A stretch of DNA of 57,608 nucleotides, from positions 1 through 57,608 of the forward strand of contig JBAXZI010000004.1 in assembly GCA_041670385.1 (NCBI GenBank), given 5' to 3'. This DNA comes from Clostridia bacterium (GTDB lineage Bacteria; Bacillota; Clostridia; Christensenellales; DTU072). The translations under genes were made by a program, and so were the position numbers. Position 1 is the stretch's first letter, and each line of letters opens with the position of its first letter. The notes under the pieces were generated by a model. That model was not told the DNA's origin and ran no database searches. It was given only the letters and a program-made list of their open reading frames with translations. Below, piece by piece: positions 49,337 to 57,608 of this stretch.

Positions 49337-50359
49337 ATGAAGATTAATGAAATAGATAGTGAACAATTTATAATAACTAATCCCGCAAATTTATATTATT
49401 TTACAGGCTATAAAAATGCGGATAGTATAATATTATTTTTTAATAAAACCGCTTATTACTTTACAGATAGTAGATATTTTGAGGAAGTAGCATCTTGTAT
49501 TGAGGGCTATCAAATAAAAAATATCGAATATTTTTGGGAATTTTTAGAAAGCAATAGTATCACTACTTTAGGTGTAGAAGACAGTCTTATTTTTTCTATG
49601 CAAACTAAATTACAAAAAATAAATTGTAAAAATCTATATTCTATAACAGGCAAAATTAGTAAGCTTCGTGCAATAAAAAACGAAGAAGAACTTAGTAAAA
49701 TAACTTATGCTCAAAGCATAACGGATACTACCTTTTTAGAATTACTTCATTATATCAAACTTGGTCAAACTGAAAACAATTTATCTCACATTTTGTCAGC
49801 CTTATTGTATCAAAACGGTGCTGATGAACTTGCTTTTGATAATATAGTTGCTTTTGGGAAAAATACATCAAAACCTCACGCTCATCCAGGCAATACAAAA
49901 TTGGAATTAGGTATGCCCATAACTTTTGATTTTGGCGCAAAATACCAAAATTATTGCTCGGATATGACAAGAACAGTATTTTTTGGTAAACCAACTGATG
50001 AAATGGTAAACATTTATAATTATGTACTTAATGCACAAAAACTAGCATTGAAAAATATTGCTGTAGGCAAATCAGGTAAAGACTGTGATAAAATAGCAAG
50101 AGATTATTTCAAAGAAAATAACTTAGACAAATATTTTACCCATTCTTTAGGACACTCACTAGGCATAGATATACACGAAAATCCAAATTTTTCACCTAAG
50201 TGTGAAGATATTATACAAAGTAATATGGTTCTTAGTGTTGAGCCAGGATTATATTTTGAAAATAAATTTGGAATTAGGATAGAAGATATTATATTTTTTG
50301 ACAAAAACATCATTAAAAACTTGACAAATAGCGAAAAAAATATAATAATTATAGAATAG
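49337..50359 (+). CDS. M24-family Xaa-Pro aminopeptidase (YqhT/PepP-like)
   Basis: Metal ligands in FDFGAKYQNYCSDMTRT, HSLGHSLGIDIHE, VEPGLY and IRIEDII. The alternative start at 49322 lies inside the -10 box, so 49337 is preferred. Neither start has a Shine-Dalgarno sequence. Confidence 0.85.
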   Translation: MKINEIDSEQFIITNPANLYYFTGYKNADSIILFFNKTAYYFTDSRYFEEVASCIEGYQIKNIEYFWEFLESNSITTLGVEDSLIFSMQTKLQKINCKNLYSITGKISKLRAIKNEEELSKITYAQSITDTTFLELLHYIKLGQTENNLSHILSALLYQNGADELAFDNIVAFGKNTSKPHAHPGNTKLELGMPITFDFGAKYQNYCSDMTRTVFFGKPTDEMVNIYNYVLNAQKLALKNIAVGKSGKDCDKIARDYFKENNLDKYFTHSLGHSLGIDIHENPNFSPKCEDIIQSNMVLSVEPGLYFENKFGIRIEDIIFFDKNIIKNLTNSEKNIIIIE

Positions 50360-50387
50360 AAAAAAGAAAAACTTTTGGAGGACACTA

Positions 50388-50951
50388 ATGGCTTTTATAC
50401 AAGCAGGAGATTTTAGAAAAGGTATTACATTTGTTATGGATACTTCAGTACAAGTAATAGTTGATTTTCAACACGTTAAACCAGGCAAAGGTGCAGCTTT
50501 TGTCCGTGCTAAAATAAGAAATGTTATGACTGGTGCTGTAATAGAGCGTACCTTTAACCCAAATGAAAAATTTGAAACAGCACTTATAGAACGTAAAAAA
50601 ATGGCGTATAGTTATATTGATGGTGAATTAATTTTCTTTATGGATAATGAAACTTATGATTTAGTACCACTTAATCTAAGCGTAGCAAAAGAAGCACTTC
50701 AATTTATTAAAGAGGGTGACACTTGCGAAATAGCATTCTATAAAAACTTAGCTTTTAGTTGCGAACCAGAAAATTTTGTTGAATTAGAAATAACAGAATG
50801 TGACCCAGGTATTCCTGGAGCAACCGCACAACCAGGCAATAAGAGTGCTACTTTAGAAACTGGATTCAAAATACAAGTACCATTATTTGTTCAAGCCGGC
50901 GAAAAAGTAAGAGTAGATACTCGTAACGGCAATTATATGTCAAGAGTATAA
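50388..50951 (+). CDS. efp: elongation factor P
   Basis: 187 aa. HVKPGKGAAFVRAKIRN loop. RBS GGAGG. Confidence 0.95.
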   Translation: MAFIQAGDFRKGITFVMDTSVQVIVDFQHVKPGKGAAFVRAKIRNVMTGAVIERTFNPNEKFETALIERKKMAYSYIDGELIFFMDNETYDLVPLNLSVAKEALQFIKEGDTCEIAFYKNLAFSCEPENFVELEITECDPGIPGATAQPGNKSATLETGFKIQVPLFVQAGEKVRVDTRNGNYMSRV

Positions 50952-50981
50952 TAAAAATAATAAAATAAAGTATAACAATTC

Positions 50982-51016
50982 AAACACTCCCATATATTTA
51001 ATGGGAGTGTTTTTTT
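50982..51016 (+). terminator. intrinsic terminator after efp, abutting the spoIIIAA start codon
   Basis: AAACACTCCCAT (50982-50993) - atattta - ATGGGAGTGTTT (51001-51012), then a T-run up to 51016. The ATG is at 51017. Confidence 0.8.
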
Positions 51017-51838
51017 ATGGAAAAATTGTTAGGTAATGTGATATATGCAGCAATATCAAAATTAACTTCTTTCAATAATATATTAGAAATAAGAATAAGA
51101 ATAAACCAACCTATTATGTTAAAAACAAAGCATAATACACATTTTATGAGCATAATTGCTGACAAAAATATAATAAATTCAATTATAGCTGCAGCAACAA
51201 AAAATAGTATGTACGCATATGAAAACGAAATTACAAACGGATATATAAATTATAAAGGCGGTATAAGAATTGGCATAGTCGGCAATTGCAATCTAATCGA
51301 AAATAATAGAATAGCTTTCCGTGATTTTTATGCACTTTGCATAAGAATACCTCATCAAATTTTCAATATAGACAAACAAATTGATTTTTTAATAAACAAT
51401 TTTGATAGTACTTTAGTTATTTCTCCGCCTTTTGGTGGAAAGACAACACTTATTAGAGAAATGACAAGGTTGCTATCAAATCAATTTGATACACTTGTTA
51501 TTGATGAAAGAGAAGAATTGTGTGGACAAAATTTGAGTTTGAAAGTCGGTGTCCAATGTGATGTAATCTCCAACATACCCAAAAATAAGGTATATGGCAA
51601 TATTATAAGGACAATGAACCCAGAACTAGTTGTTTGTGATGAATTATTTGGAGATGAAGATATAAACGCAATAATTAGAATAATAAATTCTGGTGTAAAA
51701 GTACTAGCAACTTATCACGCAAATAGCTTAGACCAAGTCCCGAAGGTACTGAGTGAACAGTTTGAGTGGTATATTCTGCTTACTTCTAAACCAAAGGTAG
51801 GAAGCATAAAATCTATTATTCGGAGAGGTGATGAATAG
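51017..51838 (+). CDS. spoIIIAA: stage III sporulation protein AA (ATPase)
   Basis: 273 aa. LEIRIRINQPIML and Walker A SPPFGGKTT. First gene of the 8-gene spoIIIA operon. Confidence 0.85.
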   Translation: MEKLLGNVIYAAISKLTSFNNILEIRIRINQPIMLKTKHNTHFMSIIADKNIINSIIAAATKNSMYAYENEITNGYINYKGGIRIGIVGNCNLIENNRIAFRDFYALCIRIPHQIFNIDKQIDFLINNFDSTLVISPPFGGKTTLIREMTRLLSNQFDTLVIDEREELCGQNLSLKVGVQCDVISNIPKNKVYGNIIRTMNPELVVCDELFGDEDINAIIRIINSGVKVLATYHANSLDQVPKVLSEQFEWYILLTSKPKVGSIKSIIRRGDE

Positions 51839-52262
51839 TTTAATTGCAGGTATTTTAATATTTATATCAAGCATCTATTTAGGAATTGGTGTTAGTAATA
51901 TATACAAAAATAAGGTAGATTTTTATGAAGATTTGCTTTATTTTATTAATTTTTGCAATTCAGAAATCACATATTACAATAAAACTGTCGACCAAATTAT
52001 AGAAAAATATAATAATAATAATCCGAAATCAAAATTAATTGGAAATATAGTAAAAGACAATGAATGCATAGAAATTTACGAAGAAACTATAGGCGGTATT
52101 AGGAATTTGGACAAAGACTCACAACAAGCTTTTTTTGATTTGCAATCCTCTAAAGTAGAATTAGCCAAACAAAAAGCTTCAATAAGTTGGGAAAACAAAG
52201 GAAAAATTTATCGTAAAATATCACCGCTTGTTGGTTTAGGAATAATGATTTTAATAATATAA
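51828..52262 (+). CDS. spoIIIAB: stage III sporulation protein AB
   Basis: 144 aa with an N-terminal and a C-terminal TM. Called by position and size in the spoIIIA operon. The start could be GTG 51828 or ATG 51831. Confidence 0.7.
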   Translation: MMNSLIAGILIFISSIYLGIGVSNIYKNKVDFYEDLLYFINFCNSEITYYNKTVDQIIEKYNNNNPKSKLIGNIVKDNECIEIYEETIGGIRNLDKDSQQAFFDLQSSKVELAKQKASISWENKGKIYRKISPLVGLGIMILII

Positions 52263-52275
52263 AGGGGGTATATAA

Positions 52276-52473
52276 ATGGGAATTGATATAATTTTTAAAT
52301 TAGCCGGAGTTGGTATAATAACTGCCGTTATTAATAATATTTTAGAAAAAAGTGACAAAAAAGAAATTGCTACTTTGGTTACACTTGCTGGATTAGTTAT
52401 TGCAATAACAATGGTTGTGGAGATGATGGGTGGCTTATTTAGCAATTTAAAAGGCATTTTTAATTTGTTCTAA
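52276..52473 (+). CDS. spoIIIAC: stage III sporulation protein AC
   Basis: 65 aa. IIFKLAGVGIITAVINNILEKSDKKEIATLVTLAGLV matches the conserved SpoIIIAC pattern. Confidence 0.9.
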   Translation: MGIDIIFKLAGVGIITAVINNILEKSDKKEIATLVTLAGLVIAITMVVEMMGGLFSNLKGIFNLF

Positions 52474-52857
52474 ATGGTATTTTTCAAAATATTAGGTATA
52501 GCCTTTATCGGTGTCGTTTGTTACGGAATTGTAAAAAATGTAAAAAACGAACTGGGAATTTTTGTGTTATTAGCTGTAGGTGCAACAATACTTATAATTT
52601 TAAGTGATTATATTGTTAATGCAATTTCAGTCTTTTCACAAATTTCTACAAAAAGTGGCTTAAATAGAGATATTTTTTCATCAATTATCAAAATTATTGG
52701 CATAGGTTATATAGCAGAGTATGCTACATCAATATGTGATGATGCGGGGTGCAAAACTATAGCAAAAAAAATACAGCTTGGTGCAAAATTAACGATATTT
52801 GTTATGACAATACCAATAATTACAAATATAATTGATATAGTTGAGGGGATATTATGA
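52474..52857 (+). CDS. spoIIIAD: stage III sporulation protein AD
   Basis: 127 aa. IIKIIGIGYIAEYATSICDDAGCKTIAKKIQLGAKL is the conserved SpoIIIAD core. Confidence 0.9.
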   Translation: MVFFKILGIAFIGVVCYGIVKNVKNELGIFVLLAVGATILIILSDYIVNAISVFSQISTKSGLNRDIFSSIIKIIGIGYIAEYATSICDDAGCKTIAKKIQLGAKLTIFVMTIPIITNIIDIVEGIL

Positions 52858-54170
52858 AAAAAATTAGGTGGAGCTACATTATATTTAGTTTAGTAGTTTT
52901 GCCTATAATAATTTTTTCAAATAACTTCATTTTGAGTTGTACAAATAATAATGTAGCAATTAATAACTTTGTTTGTAGTATAAATTTGGAAGAAACAGCA
53001 ACAGAAGATGATGACAAAGAAACTATTGATGAAGAAACTGAAGAAAATGAAGATAAAACAACTACAGAAGAAGATAATAATGATGACAATTTGGATTCTT
53101 TTGTTCAGACTTCACTTACAAAAATAGATTTTACATCTTTAGAAAATTTAGTAAGTTTAGTCCAAAATGACTATCAATATAGTTTTATACAAAGTTTTTT
53201 TACTTTAATACAACAAGTAATGTCCGGCGAAAAAGTTTATAATTTTAATGATTTTGTTGGTATTTTTAATGAATGTTTTATTGATGGAATAAAAAGTATT
53301 TTACCAATCTTTATAAGTATGATTATTATTGCAATTTTGTATGGATTATTAAAAAATATGTCAGATAGGCTTAATAATGGTAGCGTGAAAAAAATAATTT
53401 TTATTGCTATTTGGGGCGTAATGATTATTATGATAGTATATTTGGTGTCAAAATCCATTATTGAAACTAAAAAAACGATAGATTATTTTGGTAATTTTAT
53501 TAACATAGTTTTTCCTATACTGATTACTATAATTACTGCACTAGGAGGTAGTTATACAGTTAGTATTTACCAGCCCTTAGTTTTGGTTTTTTCACAATTT
53601 ATTTTCAAAATTATTGAGCTGGTTATATTCCCGTTATTCTATGCTAGTTTTGTATTTACAATTATTTCAGGTTTTTCCGAAGAATCACTGCTAAAAAAAC
53701 TAAGCTCAACAACAAAAAGTGCAGCAAACTGGATTTTAGGAATTGTATTCAGTATATTTATTACTGTAACAACAGCACAAGGTATAACAGGGGCGTCATT
53801 TGATAGTTTGGCTATAAGAGGAGCAAAGTATGCCCTATCTAGCTATGTCCCTGTATTGGGGAATTATCTAAGTCAAGGGTTTGACTTAGTTATGGCAAGT
53901 TTTGTCGTTGTCAAAAATGCGGTAGGGTTATCTGCTGTATTGCTAATAATTTATATGGCAATTTTCCCAATTATAAAATTACTTGTTATTATATTTGGTT
54001 TTAAGTTTGTTGGTGCAATAATTGAGCCAATAGCAGGAAAAAAATTAGCTGATTTATTTACAAATACAGCATCTTGCTTAATGCTATTAGTCGTTATATT
54101 AATTGCTCTTGCATTTACTATATTTATATTTCTAATGTTAATTATATATAGTTGTAATTGGGGGCTATAG
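52854..54170 (+). CDS. spoIIIAE: stage III sporulation protein AE
   Basis: 438 aa. Signal/TM segment, an acidic insert, then a multi-TM domain (SSYVPVLGNYLSQGFDLV). Called partly by operon position. Confidence 0.85.
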   Translation: MKKIRWSYIIFSLVVLPIIIFSNNFILSCTNNNVAINNFVCSINLEETATEDDDKETIDEETEENEDKTTTEEDNNDDNLDSFVQTSLTKIDFTSLENLVSLVQNDYQYSFIQSFFTLIQQVMSGEKVYNFNDFVGIFNECFIDGIKSILPIFISMIIIAILYGLLKNMSDRLNNGSVKKIIFIAIWGVMIIMIVYLVSKSIIETKKTIDYFGNFINIVFPILITIITALGGSYTVSIYQPLVLVFSQFIFKIIELVIFPLFYASFVFTIISGFSEESLLKKLSSTTKSAANWILGIVFSIFITVTTAQGITGASFDSLAIRGAKYALSSYVPVLGNYLSQGFDLVMASFVVVKNAVGLSAVLLIIYMAIFPIIKLLVIIFGFKFVGAIIEPIAGKKLADLFTNTASCLMLLVVILIALAFTIFIFLMLIIYSCNWGL

Positions 54171-54662
54171 ATGAAAGAATTTTTAATTGCAATGGTAGCT
54201 ATTGTATTATTAGAGGTATTAGTTGAAGTAATACTAGTTGATGGCAATACAAAAAAATATATTATGGCAACAATGTCATTGGTCGTTTTACTTGTGTTTT
54301 TGTGCCAAATATCCGCATTTTTGAAAAAAGGTTTTACAATGCCAAATTTTGATGAAAGTTCGGAGCAAACTATATCAGTCGATACGCAAACATTAAATAA
54401 ATTTAATATGTTGGAATATGAAAATGCAATTAAAAATATTACTGCGGGATTAAAAAACGATGGAATAGAGGGTGTAGGCATAACATTTTCTTATATTTAT
54501 AATATTGAAGGGGCTTTGCTTATAGAAAATATTTTTGTAGATACAGGCAATCTTGTCATAAAAGAAAATGCAAAGAATATAAATATTAATGAAAAGATAA
54601 TATGGTATTGTATGCAAAATACAAATATAGAAAAAAAAAGGATAATCATTAATGGCGAATAA
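54171..54662 (+). CDS. spoIIIAF: stage III sporulation protein AF
   Basis: 163 aa with two N-terminal TMs (IAMVAIVLLEVLVEVILVDGNTKKYI). Called partly by operon position. Confidence 0.75.
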   Translation: MKEFLIAMVAIVLLEVLVEVILVDGNTKKYIMATMSLVVLLVFLCQISAFLKKGFTMPNFDESSEQTISVDTQTLNKFNMLEYENAIKNITAGLKNDGIEGVGITFSYIYNIEGALLIENIFVDTGNLVIKENAKNININEKIIWYCMQNTNIEKKRIIINGE

Positions 54663-55269
54663 TAGTAATAGTAGTAGTACTAAAAATAATAACATTAATA
54701 ATAAATATAAAGATTTTATTACAAAAATAAAAGGAATAAAACATATAGAAATAATTATTGGTGTCATTGCTATTGCAATAATGTTATTAATATTTAGCGG
54801 TAACAGTAGCTTATTTAACAGTAGCAACACCGCAAATACAAATAGTAGTAAAAGTACAAATGAAAATGTGAGTACAAGTGGGAATGAAGGTAATTATTTG
54901 AGCACAGAAAAAGAATTAGCACTTGTTTTAAGCAAAATCGAAGGAGTAGGCGAAGTAGAAGTTATGATTAATTATGAAAGTACTTCCGAAAAAATTACGG
55001 CTAAAACTATTTCTAATAATACAACTAATACAGTTAGCGGTACAACAAACAGCTCGACTACTACAAATACAACAGAAAGTCCGGTTATTCTAAATAATAA
55101 TGGTAATAGCCAGCCTTATATACTTAAAGAAATAACACCACCTATTAAAGGCGTTATCGTGGTAGCCGAAGGTGCCAATAATGCAGTAGTAAAGTTGGCG
55201 ATTATGAGAGCTTGTCAGACTATATTGCAAATAAATGCAAATAATATAGAAATTTTTACAATGAAATAA
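54652..55269 (+). CDS. spoIIIAG: stage III sporulation protein AG
   Basis: 205 aa. One TM, Asn/Ser/Thr-rich linkers, and a conserved ring-building C-terminus (IEGVGEVEVMINYES...IKGVIVVAEGA). Confidence 0.85.
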   Translation: MANNSNSSSTKNNNINNKYKDFITKIKGIKHIEIIIGVIAIAIMLLIFSGNSSLFNSSNTANTNSSKSTNENVSTSGNEGNYLSTEKELALVLSKIEGVGEVEVMINYESTSEKITAKTISNNTTNTVSGTTNSSTTTNTTESPVILNNNGNSQPYILKEITPPIKGVIVVAEGANNAVVKLAIMRACQTILQINANNIEIFTMK

Positions 55270-55287
55270 ACAAAATGGAGGCAGTTT

Positions 55288-55782
55288 ATGAAATTAAGTG
55301 CGAACAAGAAAAAAGTAATAATTTTAGTATCATTGGTGTTGCTATTAGTAGCAACAGGTTGTCTAAATTATTTTCTAACAGTTAGGACAAACGATACTAA
55401 CAACAATCCAACAGATGTTATTGGTGAAACAACAACTACATTTTTTGGTTCATATCGAGATGAGCGTTGTAATACAAGAGCTCAAGAGATATTATATTTA
55501 GACGAAATAATCGCTAGTGTTACTTCTGATGAAGAAACTATAACTTCAGCCAAAGGCAAAAAATTAAATTTGGTAGACAATATGGAATTAGAACTTACAT
55601 TAGAAAGTTTGGTAAAAGCAAAGGGTTTTGAAGATTGTGTAGTTACTGTATCGAGTAAAAATGTAAATGTTGTAGTCGATGATAGCGAACTAACAATTGA
55701 CGAAGCAGCGCAGATTTTGAATATTATTGTCAGTGAAACAGATTTTACTGCAAGTAATGTCATTATTATCCCTTATGTATAG
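55288..55782 (+). CDS. spoIIIAH: stage III sporulation protein AH
   Basis: 164 aa. N-terminal TM/lipobox-like LVATGC and a YscJ/FliF-like C-terminal domain. Last gene of the operon. Confidence 0.7.
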   Translation: MKLSANKKKVIILVSLVLLLVATGCLNYFLTVRTNDTNNNPTDVIGETTTTFFGSYRDERCNTRAQEILYLDEIIASVTSDEETITSAKGKKLNLVDNMELELTLESLVKAKGFEDCVVTVSSKNVNVVVDDSELTIDEAAQILNIIVSETDFTASNVIIIPYV

Positions 55783-55802
55783 GCTATAATTCAAAATACT
55801 AC

Positions 55803-55831
55803 TTGCACAATTGAGTCTTTTATGCTATACT
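55803..55831 (+). promoter_or_regulatory. candidate sigma-A promoter of asp23-nusB-xseA
   Basis: TTGCAC (55803-55808), 17 nt spacer, TATACT (55826-55831). Confidence 0.45.
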
Positions 55832-55847
55832 TCTAGCGAGGTAAAGT

Positions 55848-56174
55848 ATGAAAGACTCAAATAGCCAAGAGAAACTAAGTATCTATAAAAATTTAATAAT
55901 ATCTTTTGCAAACAATGCTGTTGCACAAGCAGAAGGTGTTGCTAAGCAAAATAATTTTGGACAAACTAGAAACAATAGCGATTCTAATAATGTTCAAATA
56001 TATTTTTATAATGACGAAGTTACCGTAGATATATTTCTTGCTGTTGTGTTTGGCTATAGTGTACCTAAAGTGGTTTGTGAGGTACAAGAAAATTTAATTC
56101 AAAGTATCAAAAGTAGCACTCCGCTTAAAGTAAAAAATATTAATGTTAATATTACTAATGTAATATTTATGTAG
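55848..56174 (+). CDS. Asp23/Gls24 family envelope-stress (alkaline shock) protein
   Basis: 108 aa. IISFANNAVAQAEGV...VTVDIFLAVVFGYSVPKVVCEVQENL. This is the same position as yqhY upstream of nusB in Bacillus. Confidence 0.8.
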   Translation: MKDSNSQEKLSIYKNLIISFANNAVAQAEGVAKQNNFGQTRNNSDSNNVQIYFYNDEVTVDIFLAVVFGYSVPKVVCEVQENLIQSIKSSTPLKVKNINVNITNVIFM

Positions 56175-56183
56175 AGGAAATAA

Positions 56184-56594
56184 ATGAGTAGAAAAGTTGC
56201 TAGAGAATGTACCTATAAATTAGTATTTGAGTATTTATTTAACAAAAAGTTAAATAGATTGACCTATGAAATCTTTAAGAGTCAAGATTTGGATGATGGA
56301 GATATTGCATATATGCAAAAAGTATATCTTGGAGTTATCGAAAATTATGAAGAACTTAAAGATATAATTTCTAAATATTCAGAAGGTTTTGTTGAAGATA
56401 GAATATATCGTACAGACTTTGCCGCTTTATTATTGGCAATATATGAAATGAAATATATGGAAGATATTCCTTTATCCGTTTCTATATCTGAAGCAGTAGA
56501 ATTAGTAAAAAAATATTCTACAGAAAAAAGTAATCAATTTGTAAATGGAATTTTATCGACTGTTTACAAACAAATATCACAAGAAAATGGCTGA
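56184..56594 (+). CDS. nusB: transcription antitermination factor NusB
   Basis: 136 aa. MSRKVARECTYKLVFEY...ISEAVELVKKYSTEKSNQFVNGIL. Confidence 0.9.
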   Translation: MSRKVARECTYKLVFEYLFNKKLNRLTYEIFKSQDLDDGDIAYMQKVYLGVIENYEELKDIISKYSEGFVEDRIYRTDFAALLLAIYEMKYMEDIPLSVSISEAVELVKKYSTEKSNQFVNGILSTVYKQISQENG

Positions 56595-57608
56595 AAATTA
56601 TCTTAGTGTACAACAACTTAATTTTTATATAAATAATGTATTTTTAGAAGAAGAACTGTTACATAATGTACCAGTTTGTGGAGAAGTAAGCGGTTGTGCA
56701 ATTGTTAATAACAATTGTTATTTTACTTTAAAGGATGCTTTTGCACAAATAAAAGTATGCTTTTTTGGTTGTAAAAACGCTTATATACCCCAAAATGGAG
56801 AACGAATTCTAGTTATTGGTGCAGTGGACTACTATGTAAAAGGTGGACAACTTTCTTTACGAGCTTACAAGATTGACCCTATGGGTGAAAATGGTGAGTT
56901 GCATATTAAGTTGGAAAAACTGAAAGCAAAATTACAAGATGAAGGTTTGTTTGAAGAGCGTTACAAAAAAGAAATTCCACTTAGACCTAAAAACGTAGCA
57001 GTAATAACAAGTGTAAAGAGTGCAGCTTTTCAAGATTTCTTTACAACTATTATTAAAAAGAATAATTTAATCAACCTAACAGTAATTGATGTTAGAGTAC
57101 AAGGCAATTCTTGTGCTAGTGATGTAATTACTGCATTGAAAAATGCCGATGAAGTCGGTTATGATACAATAGTCCTTACTAGAGGTGGTGGAGCTTTTGA
57201 AGATTTATATGCATTTAATGATGAAGAAATGATTCGTACAATTTTTCAAATGAAAACACCGTTAATTTCAGCTATAGGTCACGAAACAGACAATACTTTA
57301 TGTGATTTTGTAGCAGATAGGAGAGCAATTACGCCTACTGCGGCTGGCGAACTTATCGGGTATGATGTAAAGCTATTAAAAAATGAAATCTTAGATTTGG
57401 TAGAAGATATTTCTCAAATTACTAAATCGAACTTTGAAAATACACAAAATAAATTAATTGAAAATGTAAAAAAAATACAATATAATTCTCAATTATTATA
57501 TCAAAAACAGGTTTCACAAATTAATACAATAACATTAAAAATAGCAAATATTATGAATAATGAATATAATACTAAAAAAATGAAGATTGGTCATTATTTG
57601 GATAAATT
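56587..57608 (+). CDS. xseA: exodeoxyribonuclease VII large subunit, 5' part; runs off the right edge
   Basis: My own translation from the ATG at 56587 gives MAENYLSVQQLNFYINNVFLEE...VCGEVSG...TRGGGAFEDLYAFNDEEMIRTI...SAIGHETD. It overlaps the nusB stop by 8 nt. Confidence 0.9.
   Translation, partial: MAENYLSVQQLNFYINNVFLEEELLHNVPVCGEVSGCAIVNNNCYFTLKDAFAQIKVCFFGCKNAYIPQNGERILVIGAVDYYVKGGQLSLRAYKIDPMGENGELHIKLEKLKAKLQDEGLFEERYKKEIPLRPKNVAVITSVKSAAFQDFFTTIIKKNNLINLTVIDVRVQGNSCASDVITALKNADEVGYDTIVLTRGGGAFEDLYAFNDEEMIRTIFQMKTPLISAIGHETDNTLCDFVADRRAITPTAAGELIGYDVKLLKNEILDLVEDISQITKSNFENTQNKLIENVKKIQYNSQLLYQKQVSQINTITLKIANIMNNEYNTKKMKIGHYLDK

Overview
This 57.6 kb window is AT-rich chromosome from an endospore-forming, Clostridia-type Firmicute. 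Nearly all genes are on the + strand and most of the window is conserved housekeeping and sporulation synteny.

Gene order, left to right:
- Na/Pi-cotransporter fragment, GH2 beta-galactosidase, patatin-like lipase, PTS-EIIC-like membrane protein.
- polA, coaE, a Y-family polymerase, DegV (minus strand), dat, alr.
- An uncharacterised 5-gene operon: unknown protein / class-III PLP enzyme / split transketolase / paralog of the first unknown. A D-2-hydroxyacid dehydrogenase follows it.
- tRNA-Leu, galU, a ClpC-like ATPase, hpf, a sugar-phosphate isomerase, pgi.
- A TPP-riboswitch-controlled ThiT (minus strand) and a degenerate MsmX-like ABC ATPase.
- A leader followed by a TM1266-like ACT protein and an NMT1-type ABC importer.
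- ruvCAB, queA, tgt, yajC, a small membrane protein (minus strand), the SCIFF peptide with its radical-SAM maturase, secDF, recJ, relA.
- A 6-tRNA array and a 72-bp tandem repeat.
- spoIIAA-spoIIAB-sigF, spoVAC/D/E, pepP, efp, spoIIIAA-AH, asp23, nusB, and the xseA 5' part.

There is no CRISPR array, rRNA gene, transposase, integrase or recognisable defence island.

The best candidate for an undescribed system is the transketolase / aminotransferase operon at 13.3-18.2 kb, which is bracketed by paralogous unknown proteins. Secondary candidates are:
- the catalytically degenerate ABC ATPase;
- the unclassified terminator/antiterminator leader in front of the TM1266-like/ABC importer operon;
- the double-length ThiT;
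- the terminator-like 72-bp tandem repeats;
- two near-identical promoter cassettes that predict leaderless ruvC and pepP mRNAs.

All functional calls come from motif recognition by eye. No database search was run.
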